The notes under the pieces: generated by a model
Seen by the model: only the letters and a program-made list of their open reading frames with translations
What the model was told of the DNA's origin: nothing
Database searches by the model: none
Shown: in pieces, positions 50,871-62,934 of the stretch
How the letters are laid out: every line of letters begins with the position of its first letter
How positions within the stretch are numbered: position 1 is the first letter of the stretch
Position numbers and translations under genes: made by a program
From: Camelus dromedarius
Lineage: Eukaryota
Assembly: GCF_036321535.1 (NCBI RefSeq)
Contig: NC_087437.1
Location: 86,740,001-86,804,000, forward strand
DNA length: 64,000 nucleotides
Reading direction: 5' to 3'

Positions 50871-51714
50871 CAAATAATGAGAAACAGCTACCTGTTAAGC
50901 ACTGCAGTAGATGTTGTGTGATCATTTATCTAAGTTCCATGGGCTTGCTGAAGTATAGGAGAAATACTGGCATTAGACAGCTCCTAATTTGGGTACCTAT
51001 TGCTGTGCAGAACCTAAAGATTTGTATAGTGTTAAGCAAATAAGGAATGGTGTCTCAAATACTACATTCTGCTCAGAGGAAACATTTCTTATTTTGCCTA
51101 GGACTTAGATGTATTAGCCCTGCTTCTGTGACACACTAATTGTGAGATTTGAGTGTCGGTTTTCTTAAAGATATAATGAGGGCATTTCATCACTTAACTT
51201 TGGAGGTACCTTCAAACTCCAATATGCTGATAAATATTTAATAAACAGCGTATCTCTTTATTCTCACTCCAATCAGACTCCACTGTTACACTAATCCTGC
51301 AGGCCTTTGAGTTGTCTAAGAATTGCAGAAATTACTACATCATCCTCAATTAAATCTAATTATTAAAATTATTCAATATTTATTCATTGCTCCAAATCAC
51401 AAATCCTTGATAACCCCGTGTTTTCTTTAATTTTTAATATTTAGTTCATTGTACAGTATCTGCAACTGAGAAAATCATGACTAAATGTTAGCCATTGAAT
51501 GAAGGACTAAGTATAAACAAATGGTGTAAGCAAAATAAAATCAATAAAATCATATTTCAAAATATTTTGTGCAGCTGTTACTTTATCCATTTGCATCAAG
51601 TTTGAAAAACTTTGCCTATAATATATGAAAAAGGAAGATTATCTTTCTTTATAAAAATACTTTTTCACCAGAAGTATGGACTTTAATACTAGTTTTTTTA
51701 TGCTTGCGGGAAAT

Positions 51715-51843
51715 TTCTTTCTTTTTTGGCAGGGGGAGGTAATTAGATTTGTTTATCTAAATTCTGAGGAGGTCCTGGGGATTGAGCCCAGGATCTCATA
51801 CATGGTAAGCAAGAGCTCTGCCACTTGAGCTATACCATCCCCC
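51715..51843 (-). mobile_element. tRNA-derived SINE, camelid Vic-1-like
   Basis: The reverse complement reads 'ggggatggtatagctcaagtggcagag...gagatcctgggctcaatccccaggacctcc...ctaattacctcccc' plus an A tail, the same family as the copy at 28061. Confidence 0.9.
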
Positions 51844-52584
51844 TTGTAGTATAATTAATTTTCAAAAATGCTGAGGGTGACAATTTAAGTTGTAGATAAG
51901 GAATATTGTCAATAAACCTGGCCCATAACTTTGCATTGACTTAACACTTTTTTTACATTCTTAGTTTCTGATTATTCTTTTGCAGTTTCTCTCTTTCTTT
52001 CTCTGCCTCTATGTGTATAAATATACATTTATATATGTGTTTATATATGTATGTGTATGTATATAAATTTTCAAAGAAAAAAATTCTGGCATACGTTTCA
52101 ATAAATAAATGTCCCTATTGTATTTTCACATTAGTATTAATAGCAGTAATTTCTTTTGAACAGATTTCTCAATTGTGAATGATCCTAATAATGCTTAATT
52201 ATCTCATGTTTAAAAGGAAGTCTTTATATATCTTTTGAAATAATAATTAATCTTTTTCCATATAGTTAACTGTAACTCTGGTAAAACAGAGAAATTTACT
52301 ATTGTAATTTTGTGATATATTACTTTTTCAATAAGGAAGAACATAAACATTTTATTTACTCAAAAAGGACACAGATCATTAGAATAACATGTTAATTATG
52401 TGATGAAGAACAAAGTGATGCAAAACACAAGTTGTTTTATTGTCCCTGTTCTTTGAGAATTCCAAAATTTTGATCATCATTCCTGGTTTGTGTCACTTTA
52501 TAATATATTTTGGACAAATATGTCTGCCATTTTCATTCATTACTCTCTTTTTTCCTCAGTTGTTCAGGCTGGCACATAATTTTA

Positions 52585-55500
52585 AAAAATCTTTTTTGTT
52601 TCTTAACTTTGAAATAATTGCAGATGTACATACAGTTGAAATAAACAATACAGAGAAATCCTGTGCATCTTTTACCCAGTTTCCCAATGATGACATCTTG
52701 ATAACTGGTGTAGAAAAAGAATTTTACACAATTCAACTCCTATTCATGACAAACACTATAAAAAAAAAAAATAGGACTACAGTGGAACTTCCTCAACTTG
52801 ATAAAAAAAAACTACAAATAACGTGCAACATTATACTAAATGTTGAAAGAAAGAATGATTTCCCACTGGTATAAGAAGGCAAGGTTGCCTACTATTACCA
52901 CCCTATCCTTAATTCCTGCTGTTATTAATCTGTCTTTTTTTCTATAATTTTAGCATTTCAAAAATGTTATTTAAATAGAATCATATGGTCTGTAACCTTC
53001 TGGGATTTGCTTTTTTCACTACACATAATTTTCTCAAGATTCATCTAGGCTATTGTATGCATCCATAGTGTGTTCCATTTTATTGCTGAGTCATGTTCCG
53101 TGGTATAGATACACCGCAATTTATTTAACCATTCACTCTTTGAAAGACATCTGGATTGTTTCTAGTTTTTGGCTATTTTCAGTAAAATTGCTATAAATAT
53201 TACTATACTGTTTTTTGTATATATATATTGTTTTCCTTTCTCTGGGAAAAATGCCCAAGAATGCAATTGGTAGATGATATGGGTAGCTGCATATTTAGTT
53301 TTTAAGAAACTGTCAAGCTGCTTTCTGAAGTAGTTGTTTCATTTTACATTCCCACTGGGAAAATGTTAGTAATCTAGTCCCTGCATCCTCAACAGCATTT
53401 GGTGTTGTCATTAATTGTTATTCTAGCCATTGAGAGGTTCAGAGTGACGTCACACTCTGATTTGAATTTGCGTTTCCCTAAAGGCTATGATGTTGAACAT
53501 CTTACTTCATGTTTCTTTGCCAACTTTTATCCTATTCAGTAACGCGTGTTTCTTTTTCTTCTGCTCATTTTTGAATTGGAATGTTTGTTTGTTTGATTTT
53601 TATACTGTTGAATTTTGAGAGTTCTTTAATACATTCTAGATACTAGGTTTTTTTTTTCTCAGGTATGTGGTTTGAAATATTTTAATCTGACTCTTGTAGT
53701 TTTTATTTTTATCCTCACAACAGAGTCTTCTGTAGGCAAAAATTTTAAATTTTGATGAAGTTCAATTTATATATTTTTTCTTTGGATTATGCTTTATGTT
53801 TTGTGTGCCAGTCTAAGAATTATTTTCTGTCTCTAAGTCCCAAAGACTTTGTCCTATTTTTTAAGTCTTGTATTTTTACTTTTTACGTTAATTCTACAAT
53901 CCATTTTGAGCTAATTTTTATATAAAGTATGAATCTCAGGTTGAGGTCCATTTTTATACCTCTGAATGTCTGATTACTCAAGCATCATTTGTTGAAAGTC
54001 TGTATTTCCTCCATTAAGCTGTTTTTGTGCCTTTGTTAAAAATCAGTTGACAATATTGAGTGGGTCTGTTTCTGGGTTCTTGACTCTGTTCCTTTGTGCT
54101 ATGTGTCTGTTCACACACAGATATAAGACTATCTTGGTTACTATAAATATATATGTATTTAAATAAAAGTTGTTTCAGCTTTCCAATTCTTTTTTCTTTC
54201 CATATGAATATTAGGATTATCTTGCCTCTATAAAAATTCTTACTGGGATTTGATAAAAATTTTATTAAACCTCTATTTCAATTAGAGGAAAATTGACACC
54301 TTCACTGTGTTGAATCTTGCAATCCATTATCTTCTTCAATTGCTTTAATCAGTACATAGTCTTTTTCAGAATAAAAATTCTATCATGTTTGTGTTAGATT
54401 TACACTATGGTATTTATTTTTTTAAGCAACTGTAAATTGTATTATAAATTTGTTGTCCTCATTTTTATTGTTATATATAGAAATACAGTTGATTTTTGTC
54501 ATTATTTTGTATCTTGTAACCTTATTGAAATCACTCTTTGTAAACAAATATTTGTAGGTTCTATGGGGTTTTCTAGGCAATCATACCATTTGCAAATATG
54601 GACAGGTTTATTTTTTCCCTTCCTGTCTGTGTATCATTTGCCTCATCTTGACTTATTGCACTGGCTAGAACTTCTAGCATTATGTTGAGTAATAGTGGTA
54701 ATAGTAGACACCCTTGCCTTCTTATTCTAGTGACAAATCATTCATTCTTTCAACATTTAGTATAATGTTGTAGGGTTTTTTGTAGCTATTTTTGAAATCA
54801 AGTTGAGGAAGTTCTACTGTATGCCTTTTCTTTCTGATAGTGTTTATCATGAATAGAAGTTGAATAGTATAAACTCATTTTTCTACACCAATTGATAATG
54901 TGATTTGTCTTTTTTAAGTGTGTTATGTTGGATTATATTGAATGAGCTTCAAATATTGAAATAGCCTTTCATTCCTGGAATAAACACCACTAATCATAGT
55001 ATATAACACTTTCTATATACTGCTGAATTCTTTTTGTTAATATTTTGTTAAGAATTTTTGCATTAATATTTATGGTGGATATGTATCTATAGTATTATTC
55101 ATTTTTGTTCTATCTTAAACCAAAATTGAGAAATATTCTTTATAATTCTATTTTCTGCAAGATATTATGCAGAATTGATGTTAATTTTTCTTTAAAAGTT
55201 TGGTAGAATTATCCAATCAAACCTGTGGGCCTGGAGATAACTTTTTTGTGAGTTTATAAATTACAAATATGTTACCTTATAGTTATATGGTTACTCAGAT
55301 AATTTGAGTTTTTTTCCAAGGAATTGGTCCATTACCTTTAAGTTGTTAAATCTATAGGTTAAGAGTTGTGCATAGTATTTCTTTAATACATTTCTAATGT
55401 CTGTAGTTTCTGTAATAGTATCTCTGGTTTCATTTCTAATATTGGTAATCTGTGTCTTCTCTCTTTTTTTTACCCATTTCACTAGGTTTGTCTAGTTCAT

Positions 55501-56550
55501 TGATCTTTTCAAAGACTCAGCTCTTTGTTTCATTGATTTTTCTCCATGGTTGTCTGTTTTCACTGTCATTGATCTCTGCTGTTATCTTTATTATTCACTT
55601 GATTCTGCTTGATATGGGTTTATTTTATTCTTCTTTTTCTAACTTCTTGTTGTGGGAGCTTACATTGGTTTGAGACTTGTACTCTTTCCAAATGTATACA
55701 TTTAATAATGTTATTCACCCTCTCATTAGTTCTAAGGGACAGGGATTGCTCTTCCTTACTGATAGATATGGATGGCGAGTGAAAATAAGTCATCACTGAT
55801 ATTTTCCTGGCTGGGAAGGGGTAGGAATGCCTTGTTACTGCTCATTAGGTGGCCTCCACTGATGCCACAGAGGGCAGTAGTGAAAGTCCTGACTCTCTAC
55901 CAGGACTTTGTTGAAAATACTTCACTGGGAATAGGGGCAAAAACACAGGCAGCCTACCACCCACCATGGACTCTGTTGATACTGGTGGAAGATGAGGAAG
56001 CTGTCTTATTTCCATAGGATGGATTGGCACTCAGTTTCCTATTCAGGATGCAGCCTTTTCTGGCACCAGCCCGTGATAGGGCTTGAGGTGCCTCACTACA
56101 TTCTGGTGAGGGGTGATGTCTAGGTTGCCCACTTGGCCTTTGCTGGCATGAGTGGGAATGGGGCCACTTTTTTCCTTTTCCTGTGGTGTTTGTTGGGAGT
56201 ACAGCAGTTATCATCTAAACATTTCTGTCTTACCATGTTGTTTCTTCCCTGGCCCTTTGGCTCAAGGGATCATGCTTTTGTTACTTTTTTCCCCACTTCC
56301 TTTGGCATTTCCATATTGCTGGCTCCTCCATTTTCAACCGTGGGATATGAGGCACAAAATAAACAGAAAACTCCCCATTGTGTCCCAAGGTCTTAAGGTT
56401 CCTAGCCGGTCTGCCATCTTCTCTCCAACTTTCAATGTGTTCTTATGTTGTTGTGTTTATTGTTTTAACATATATAATGTCCAGACTTTTAGTTCTACAA
56501 ATAGGAAAAACTACTTCCAATCCATATTCCCAGAATCTGAAGTCGCTAAC
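52585..56550 (-). mobile_element. Old LINE-1 (L1MC/L1MD-like): 5'UTR fused to partial ORF2 and 3'UTR, with ORF1 missing
   Basis: ORF 55291-55482 reads REKTQITNIRNETRDTITETTDI...YAQL..FNNLKVMDQFL (ORF2p). The 3'UTR at 52585-53150 and the 5'UTR at 55740-56550 are visibly homologous to the ends of the 7532-10240 element. Confidence 0.88.
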
Positions 56551-56684
56551 ATATTTTAATGCAAACTGGAGATGTACTCCACTCTTAATATTTACTAATT
56601 CAGAAATACCAAACTCAAATCAGAAAAAAAATGTAATTTAAACAGACACACACGCAATAGTTGTTGAATGAGTGAAGAAAGTGT

Positions 56685-56885
56685 ACTGGGTATTGTGCAA
56701 AGCATTTTATACATGTTTTCTCATTTAAACCTTCTAAAGTGGTATCAGGTATCTCCATTCTAAAGATTCAGGAAACAGAGGTCTGAAGACGTTCAGTAAC
56801 TTAACCCAGGCCACACTGATGGTGGAGCAGGGTTCAAATCTTTGTCTAACTATAAAGTCTGTTCCTTTTTCTATGCCAAGCTGCT
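56685..56885 (-). mobile_element. MIR remnant
   Basis: 'ttttatacatgttttctcatttaaacct...ctccattctaaagattcaggaaacagaggtctga...gtaacttaacccaggccacac'. Confidence 0.75.
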
Positions 56886-58074
56886 TCTCACAGAGAGAAC
56901 AAAAAGAAGGAATCTTGATTTTGCAGAATTCTCCTTTAAAACTTCACTGTTCCTCAAATCTGGGATGATGGGCCTGTCTCCCAACCACAGGAGCCCTGCA
57001 CAGTGAAAAAAGTCCTCTGCTCTGTCCTGAAAAGTAGACAAACAAATAGAACCCCAGAAACATGGAGAAACAAACTAACTACTGTAGCATAACAGTGCAA
57101 TGGCTCTACCATCAAGAAAGGTAGTGTAATGAATAAATAATTTACTATCTGTATCAAAAAGTAACCATAAGAGTCCATAATCCTCTTAAATAAACATTGT
57201 TTTAAATATACTTTCTTGGGATTTGGGATGCTATTCTATTGAATAGCAGTCATTTAGTAACTTTTTAATGTCCCTAGAAGAATTTTTCCAGAGTTTAACT
57301 TTATTTTATTATATTTAACTTTCTCATCACCCTCCCCCCGCTTCCTAACTATTAAACACAAGCATGTGCATGAGGATGGGGGAAAGGAGTTAGAGCTACA
57401 TAAAGTTTACCTAGGTAATCTGCCATTTCCCAAGTCCAAAACCCTACCATATTTTCCAGCAGCCCAAGTGACAGCTGCATCTAAATCTAGATTCAATCAG
57501 TGCTTCATGTCAACTAACACAATCCCCTAAGCACAGCTTATGTGAGTTTATATTACTACACCAGTGACAGACAAAAGCATACTTTCTGCCAACGGTAAAA
57601 TATTTGGAGACAATCTGGGCCACAGATAAAAGATACTTTCCTGTTCAATGGCTGTTTTCAAGATAGCATTAATCTCACAAACAAAATTACAAATTGGATT
57701 AATCATTTGTTCTAGAACAGGCAGTAAAATTTAGGGCATCCTGGTAAAACATTGTATCTGCAAGATGAATGTTTTGCAATATGTGCTTTAAAGAGTTGTC
57801 CTTAAATGATTTATTTGCCTTCTAGTGCTTATGAACTACACCAGGGGCAAATTGTTTTCTGGGTGGTTTAAAAATCATTGGCATGCAAATAGGGTATGAG
57901 CTGAATTTAGCCAAGCAAAATGAGGCTATGCTCGTTAATCAAAGTAGATTGTGAAAATTTGGCAAAGAGCTCAAAGCTGGAGTTATTCTTGATACTGTAA
58001 GGACTTTCAGTGACATATTTTGTTTTTATCCTGTCCCTTAATTATAGGGAATGCAAACAATTATACCTTTATAT

Positions 58075-58425
58075 CTTCTTGGCCCATTTATACTCAAAGA
58101 CCTAATTTCCTACTATTCTCACCCTCCTTTATTCTGCTTTAGTTATCTTGTCCCTTATTGTTCGCAGACACGCCATGCACAGTCACCCCAGAGCTTTAGC
58201 GCTGCTGTTCTCTCTGACAAAATATTTCTTCCAAAACACCCACAGGGTCAGCTCTTTTCAGGTCTCTGCTCAGATGTCCACATATCTGCCAAGACTTTTC
58301 TGAGCTCCCTGTACAAAATAGTGAATACCTACTTTCAGTACCTGGTCCTCTTGATCTTTATTTTATTCCTTTGCCTTTGTGATGTACTCTGTATTCATTG
58401 GCTTATTTGTTTATTTCCTCTTCCC
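58075..58425 (+). mobile_element. L2 fragment interrupted by an MLT1 LTR
   Basis: 'cagagctttagcgctgctgttctctctg', 'tcaggtctctgctcagatgtcca', 'ttatttgtttatttcctct'. It appears to resume at ~58990-59050. Confidence 0.65.
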
Positions 58426-58429
58426 TTGT

Positions 58430-58986
58430 TCTGCTTATCTATTGCATGACATACCACTTCAAAACAATGGCTTAAAAACAATGACAATCACTTATTTTGC
58501 TCGTGAATCTGGAGGTTGAGTGGGGTTAGCTGCTAGGTTCTCTATCAGAGCCTGCTATGCAGCCACGGTTATATATGGCTGGGGCTCAAAATCATGCTCA
58601 CCTCCTCACATTGTCAACACCTGAAGACTTAAACATCTGAGGACTGGAGAAACCAGATCTCTTCAGTCATCTCTCTGTGTATCTATGTGTTCTCTCCCCA
58701 GCGTGGCAGTGTTAGGATAACCAGGAATCTGACATGGAGACTCAGAATTTCAAAGCAAGTGGAGAGAGAGGAAAGTTATTTTGCCTTTTATGACCTTGTC
58801 TTGGATCTCATGCAGCACATAGCTCCTGCTGAATTTTATTCATTGAGTAAACTCACAAAGGCCTGTCGAGTTTCAAGTGGAAGAGAGAGAAACTCCGGCT
58901 CCTGATGCAGGTGTGGCAAGGATCTACAAGAGTAGTTGGGACCAGAAATACTGCTGTGGTCAATTTTAAAACAGACAGCCTGTCAC
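58430..58986 (-). mobile_element. MaLR MLT1 (F/G-like) solo LTR
   Basis: 'tatctattgc...caaaacaatggcttaaaaacaa...ttattttgctcgtgaatctg', 'ttgccttttatgacctt', ending 'agcctgtcaca'. Confidence 0.75.
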
Positions 58987-59749
58987 ACACCATTACAAAG
59001 TAATGTCTACCTGGGTGAGGGCTTTAATTAGATTCCTGCTATATCCACGGTCATTTTTTTTTAAATGGCTAAATAAATATACGAATGAAAGAAAAACCTA
59101 AATAATATGAGTAAAAACCAATTGTGCCTAAACAGTATTTCCAGTATTTGAATAGCAGTAAAGGGGAGGTTATGTAACTGTCCATGGCTATGTGCTTAAA
59201 AGGAGCTGTAATTCTTTTTAAGTAGAATTCCCCATTAAATCTTTTTTTTCTTTTTTTGGTCTTAATTAATTTAAGATAGATTGACCACATTCAGGGCGAA
59301 CCAGTCATTTCTAGTTTGAAGTGGATATTTCCACTTTAATCTTGATTTTATGAAAAATTTGAGGACCAGAATAGACCACACAGCAAATATGCTACAATTT
59401 CTTTTTTCCTCCAGTTTCCTTAATTTTTTATTGTTTCTTGTAGGAGGCTCAGGGATGCTCCATAATTAATTACTCACTTTGTGAAAGATCCATGACATGA
59501 GGACCTCGTTCGTTATGCCTCAGAATTATGTATTCAGTGCTTAGTACGACCCCTAGCACATAAAATGTTTTCAAAGCTTGTTAGAGGAGCAATAGGTGAA
59601 AATTATCACCAAGTTTATAAGTATACATTGAAGAAATTTTAAAAGCCTTAAATTTCAAAGGGAGCATTAAATTCATAAAGAAATCCGATATACACTATCT
59701 TAGTTTGCCTTAGACTTGCTTTTAAACTGTGCTAGAAATAAAACTTGTA

Positions 59750-59785
59750 ACTACTTCTCAACTGTTTGGCTAAGATCAAGTATAG
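59750..59785 (+). pseudogene. 3'-truncated U2 snRNA retropseudogene (first ~35 nt)
   Basis: actacttctcaactgtttggctaagatcaagtatag aligns to the U2 5' end ATCGCTTCTCGGCCTTTTGGCTAAGATCAAGTGTAG. Flanking direct repeats agaaataaaacttgta (59734) / agatataaaactttta (59784) match at 14 of 16 positions. Confidence 0.88.
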
Positions 59786-62029
59786 ATATAAAACTTTTAT
59801 GACATGACTCATTTTTATTATCATTTATTAGTAAGATGCTAAAAACCAATGAAATCACAAGAAGGCATAGATACAGTAGAGAGGTCAGTTTAAAATTAGA
59901 TAATGTAGTATTTGAGAAAAAAATTAGTTCAGGTGTAGATTGTTTTTATTTCAGAGTGCATTTTATGCTTATTTTAAAAAGTTGTCTTGTATTCTGCTCC
60001 ATAGTATTGTCCATATCCTGTAATAGCTTAATTAAATTATTTTCTTAAAATACCTCTTATTCTAAGATGCATTTTCTTTTGAAGTACTTACGTTTCTTGT
60101 TACTGGCATATTTTAATCAAGTTGGTTTCTCTCAGTCAATGAGCTTGTAAGTGATATAATCCATCTGAAGTCTAAATGCGAACATTAATCAGGATCTAGA
60201 TGTGTAATGCATTCCTCGGTCTGATTGTGTGCCTAGTACATGTGAACATCTGGTGAATTAAAAACCTGTCAAAATGTGAGACTTGCTATTAGATATACCT
60301 GCATTTTGTATAGACAATAGTTTTGATTTCTCTGAAATTTCTTTCAAATGCTGAAGACTAAAGTCGAAAGAGAAGACTGTTCAAACAAAGGAGCCCAAGT
60401 GCCATCCACAAACTGTCACAACACATATCATGTAGTACTTTACCTTATGAGGAAAAGTCCAATAGTTGGCCTATAAAAATTTAGGGAAAAATTGTCAAAA
60501 AATTGAGAAAATGGAAAACATAAACTGTAGCTTTTAGCATTTGTTCTTTATGGAATTAAAAATTGAATACAACTTGAACAATCTATGATAAGCATGGCAA
60601 TTGACAAAATAAATGAAAATAGTGATTTTAGGTTATTGTAAATGTTACAGAATACCTTGAGGAAGCTTCATTTCCCTTTTTTTAAAAAATTCTACTTTTC
60701 CTATGATTTTCTTCTTCTCCTTCTCCTCCTTCTCCTTCGTCTTCTTTTTTTTTTGTGTGTGTGACATACCCAAACGTGTGTGGTCTGTGCTCACATAGAT
60801 ACTTGTGTGTGAAGTGAAGTGTATGAGAATAGAAAGTTGTAAAAGAATCAGGACTGTCCTCTTGCATCTATGGAAATAAATGCTGTGAGATCTCAGATAA
60901 GTCTTCTGAACTTCTGAGATTGATTTTACAAGAGAGAAATACCTGCTATGACTTCCTCATAAGGTAAATTAGTTTCAGATAGGAAAGAGGGAAGGAAGTT
61001 TTTTCAAAAGCACAGAAAATCAATTAATTATCCGTTTCAAAATAGAGTTGAATAACGTTTTAGAAAGGGGTCAGGTTACAGAATCTCATGTAGTCAAAAT
61101 TACTCTTGAAAATCTCAACTATTAATTTTTGCCTGCTTGTTTTCAGCATTTTAGTCTGGAAAAAGTTTGAAAAGCTAAAGCCTCCAAAATTAAACACAGA
61201 GATATTCCAGTCTCTCTTTCCTCAATTTCCCCTCTCTTCTTTCTCTGTCTCCCAGATCAGAGCATGTGGTTATATTTGTGTAAACTAAATGGGTGTGTGC
61301 TAAGACTCTACTGTTTCACAAATAAACATCATACTGTAATTATACCATAATTATGTGGAACATAATTTCAATTGACTGATGGTGTAGAAATTGGTTCTGG
61401 TGGCTGCAGTGCATCAGAGTCCGTCACTGTGAGAACCAGTTTCCCAGTATTTGGTGCTGTTTGAAGGGAAGGCAAAAATCTTACTTCATGCTTTTCTATT
61501 ATATGAATTTTGGCCAAATAGAGCCTGAGCATATTGCACAGACATTATTTATGCCTGAGTGATTTTTAACATAATATCTGTCTTTGTTTTAAAAAGTATT
61601 CTGTCTAACTTGCTCCCCCTTCATCTTGTTTTTTTTTTTTTTTTAAACAACTGGCAGCTCAATTTTCTTATGGCCTCTGTTAGTTATTTCAGCAAACTTA
61701 ACAGTGCAATCAATTAAAATGTCTTTGGGCAAGCCAACTAAGGTTAAAATCCTATTACTGCTGATGGCTTATTTAAGGACCTTTCCTTGACACTTAAGGT
61801 ATATAATTCAACATAATGTACCAAGTTCAATAATGAGATTAGCTAGTTATCCTGCACAATCACATAACAAGTTGACTGGTTTAACTGTAATTGGCATGTA
61901 GTGAACTTAACTACAAAAAGATATGAGCAAACGAAAGATTGGCAAGATATGCATGTGTATATCTGTTAATGGAAGTGATACCTAAAATATTTATAGTGAT
62001 TTATGGTTTAAAAATTGGTTCCATATCAT

Positions 62030-62170
62030 TAACTTCTTTCATAGAACTACCCAATGAAGTATTATTCTTACCATATATAGATGAGGAAAGTGAGATTCAG
62101 AAAATTAAGTATTTAGCCCAAGGTCACACTTTAAAGTATAACAGCTGAAGTAATAAACCCATTCTTCTGA
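62030..62170 (-). mobile_element. MIR remnant
   Basis: 'tattattcttaccatatatagatgaggaaagtgagattcagaaaattaagtatttagcccaaggtcacac'. Confidence 0.85.
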
Positions 62171-62359
62171 TGGGAAACCTATATACAGATTATTTCCTAG
62201 AAAGACATTGAAAAATACCTATAGACACACACATAATAGATACTGAATATATGTAGAACATATAAAATATTGAATATTTAAAATTTAGAAGTTATAGAGA
62301 GTATATATAAAATATTTTGTGTGCATGTGTAGAGGGAGAGACAGAGAGAAAAAGGAATA

Positions 62360-62575
62360 TTATGTGGCATTATGATAAAAAGTATGCATTTTGGAATCAT
62401 ATGGCTGGTGACAGAATCCAAATGTCATTACTTCTTAGCTGTATAAACCTCCCTGACCCTAAGCTACTCTAAATATAAGTGGGAAAAATAAGAATATTAA
62501 TGTATCTATCAGGAGATACTTACAGTAAAGAATTTAGATTATGTTTGGCACGTAATAAGAAATAAATAATAGTAG
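62360..62575 (+). mobile_element. MIR remnant
   Basis: 'aagtatgcattttggaatca...gaatccaaatgtcattacttcttagctgt...tttggcacgtaataag'. Confidence 0.6.
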
Positions 62576-62934
62576 TGAGGAAGCAGAGAAGAAGAAGAAA
62601 ACATCCAAATTTATCTCTCTGTTGAAAAGTTTGAAAGTTAACCAGTATTTTATTGGGTCTATGCTTCTGACACAATATCTAGGAAATTAAAGAATATTCA
62701 CAAATATATTTGTAAGATGTTAACAAGTGTGATGTCAACAAGGACTAGAGGAGGTAAAATTATATCAAGGAAAGAGCTCTTTCAAAATAACCTGACAGTT
62801 GTTGCCATACCTTAGGATCATTTGCTGATTGTGTGTGCCAGAGAAAATTGGGTGTAGCCGAGGGGCATGGACTCTCCTGAGGTAAGATGAGTCCGGAAGA
62901 GCTTCTGACTGTTTCTCCTGAAAAGTCAGTTGAG

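Noticed and set aside
52440..52874. 144-aa ORF
   Set aside because: It is a chance read-through of unique DNA, antisense L1 3'UTR and an inverted L1 fragment.
55772..56641. Cluster of overlapping ORFs
   Set aside because: They lie in a GC-richer L1 5'UTR where stop codons are scarce.
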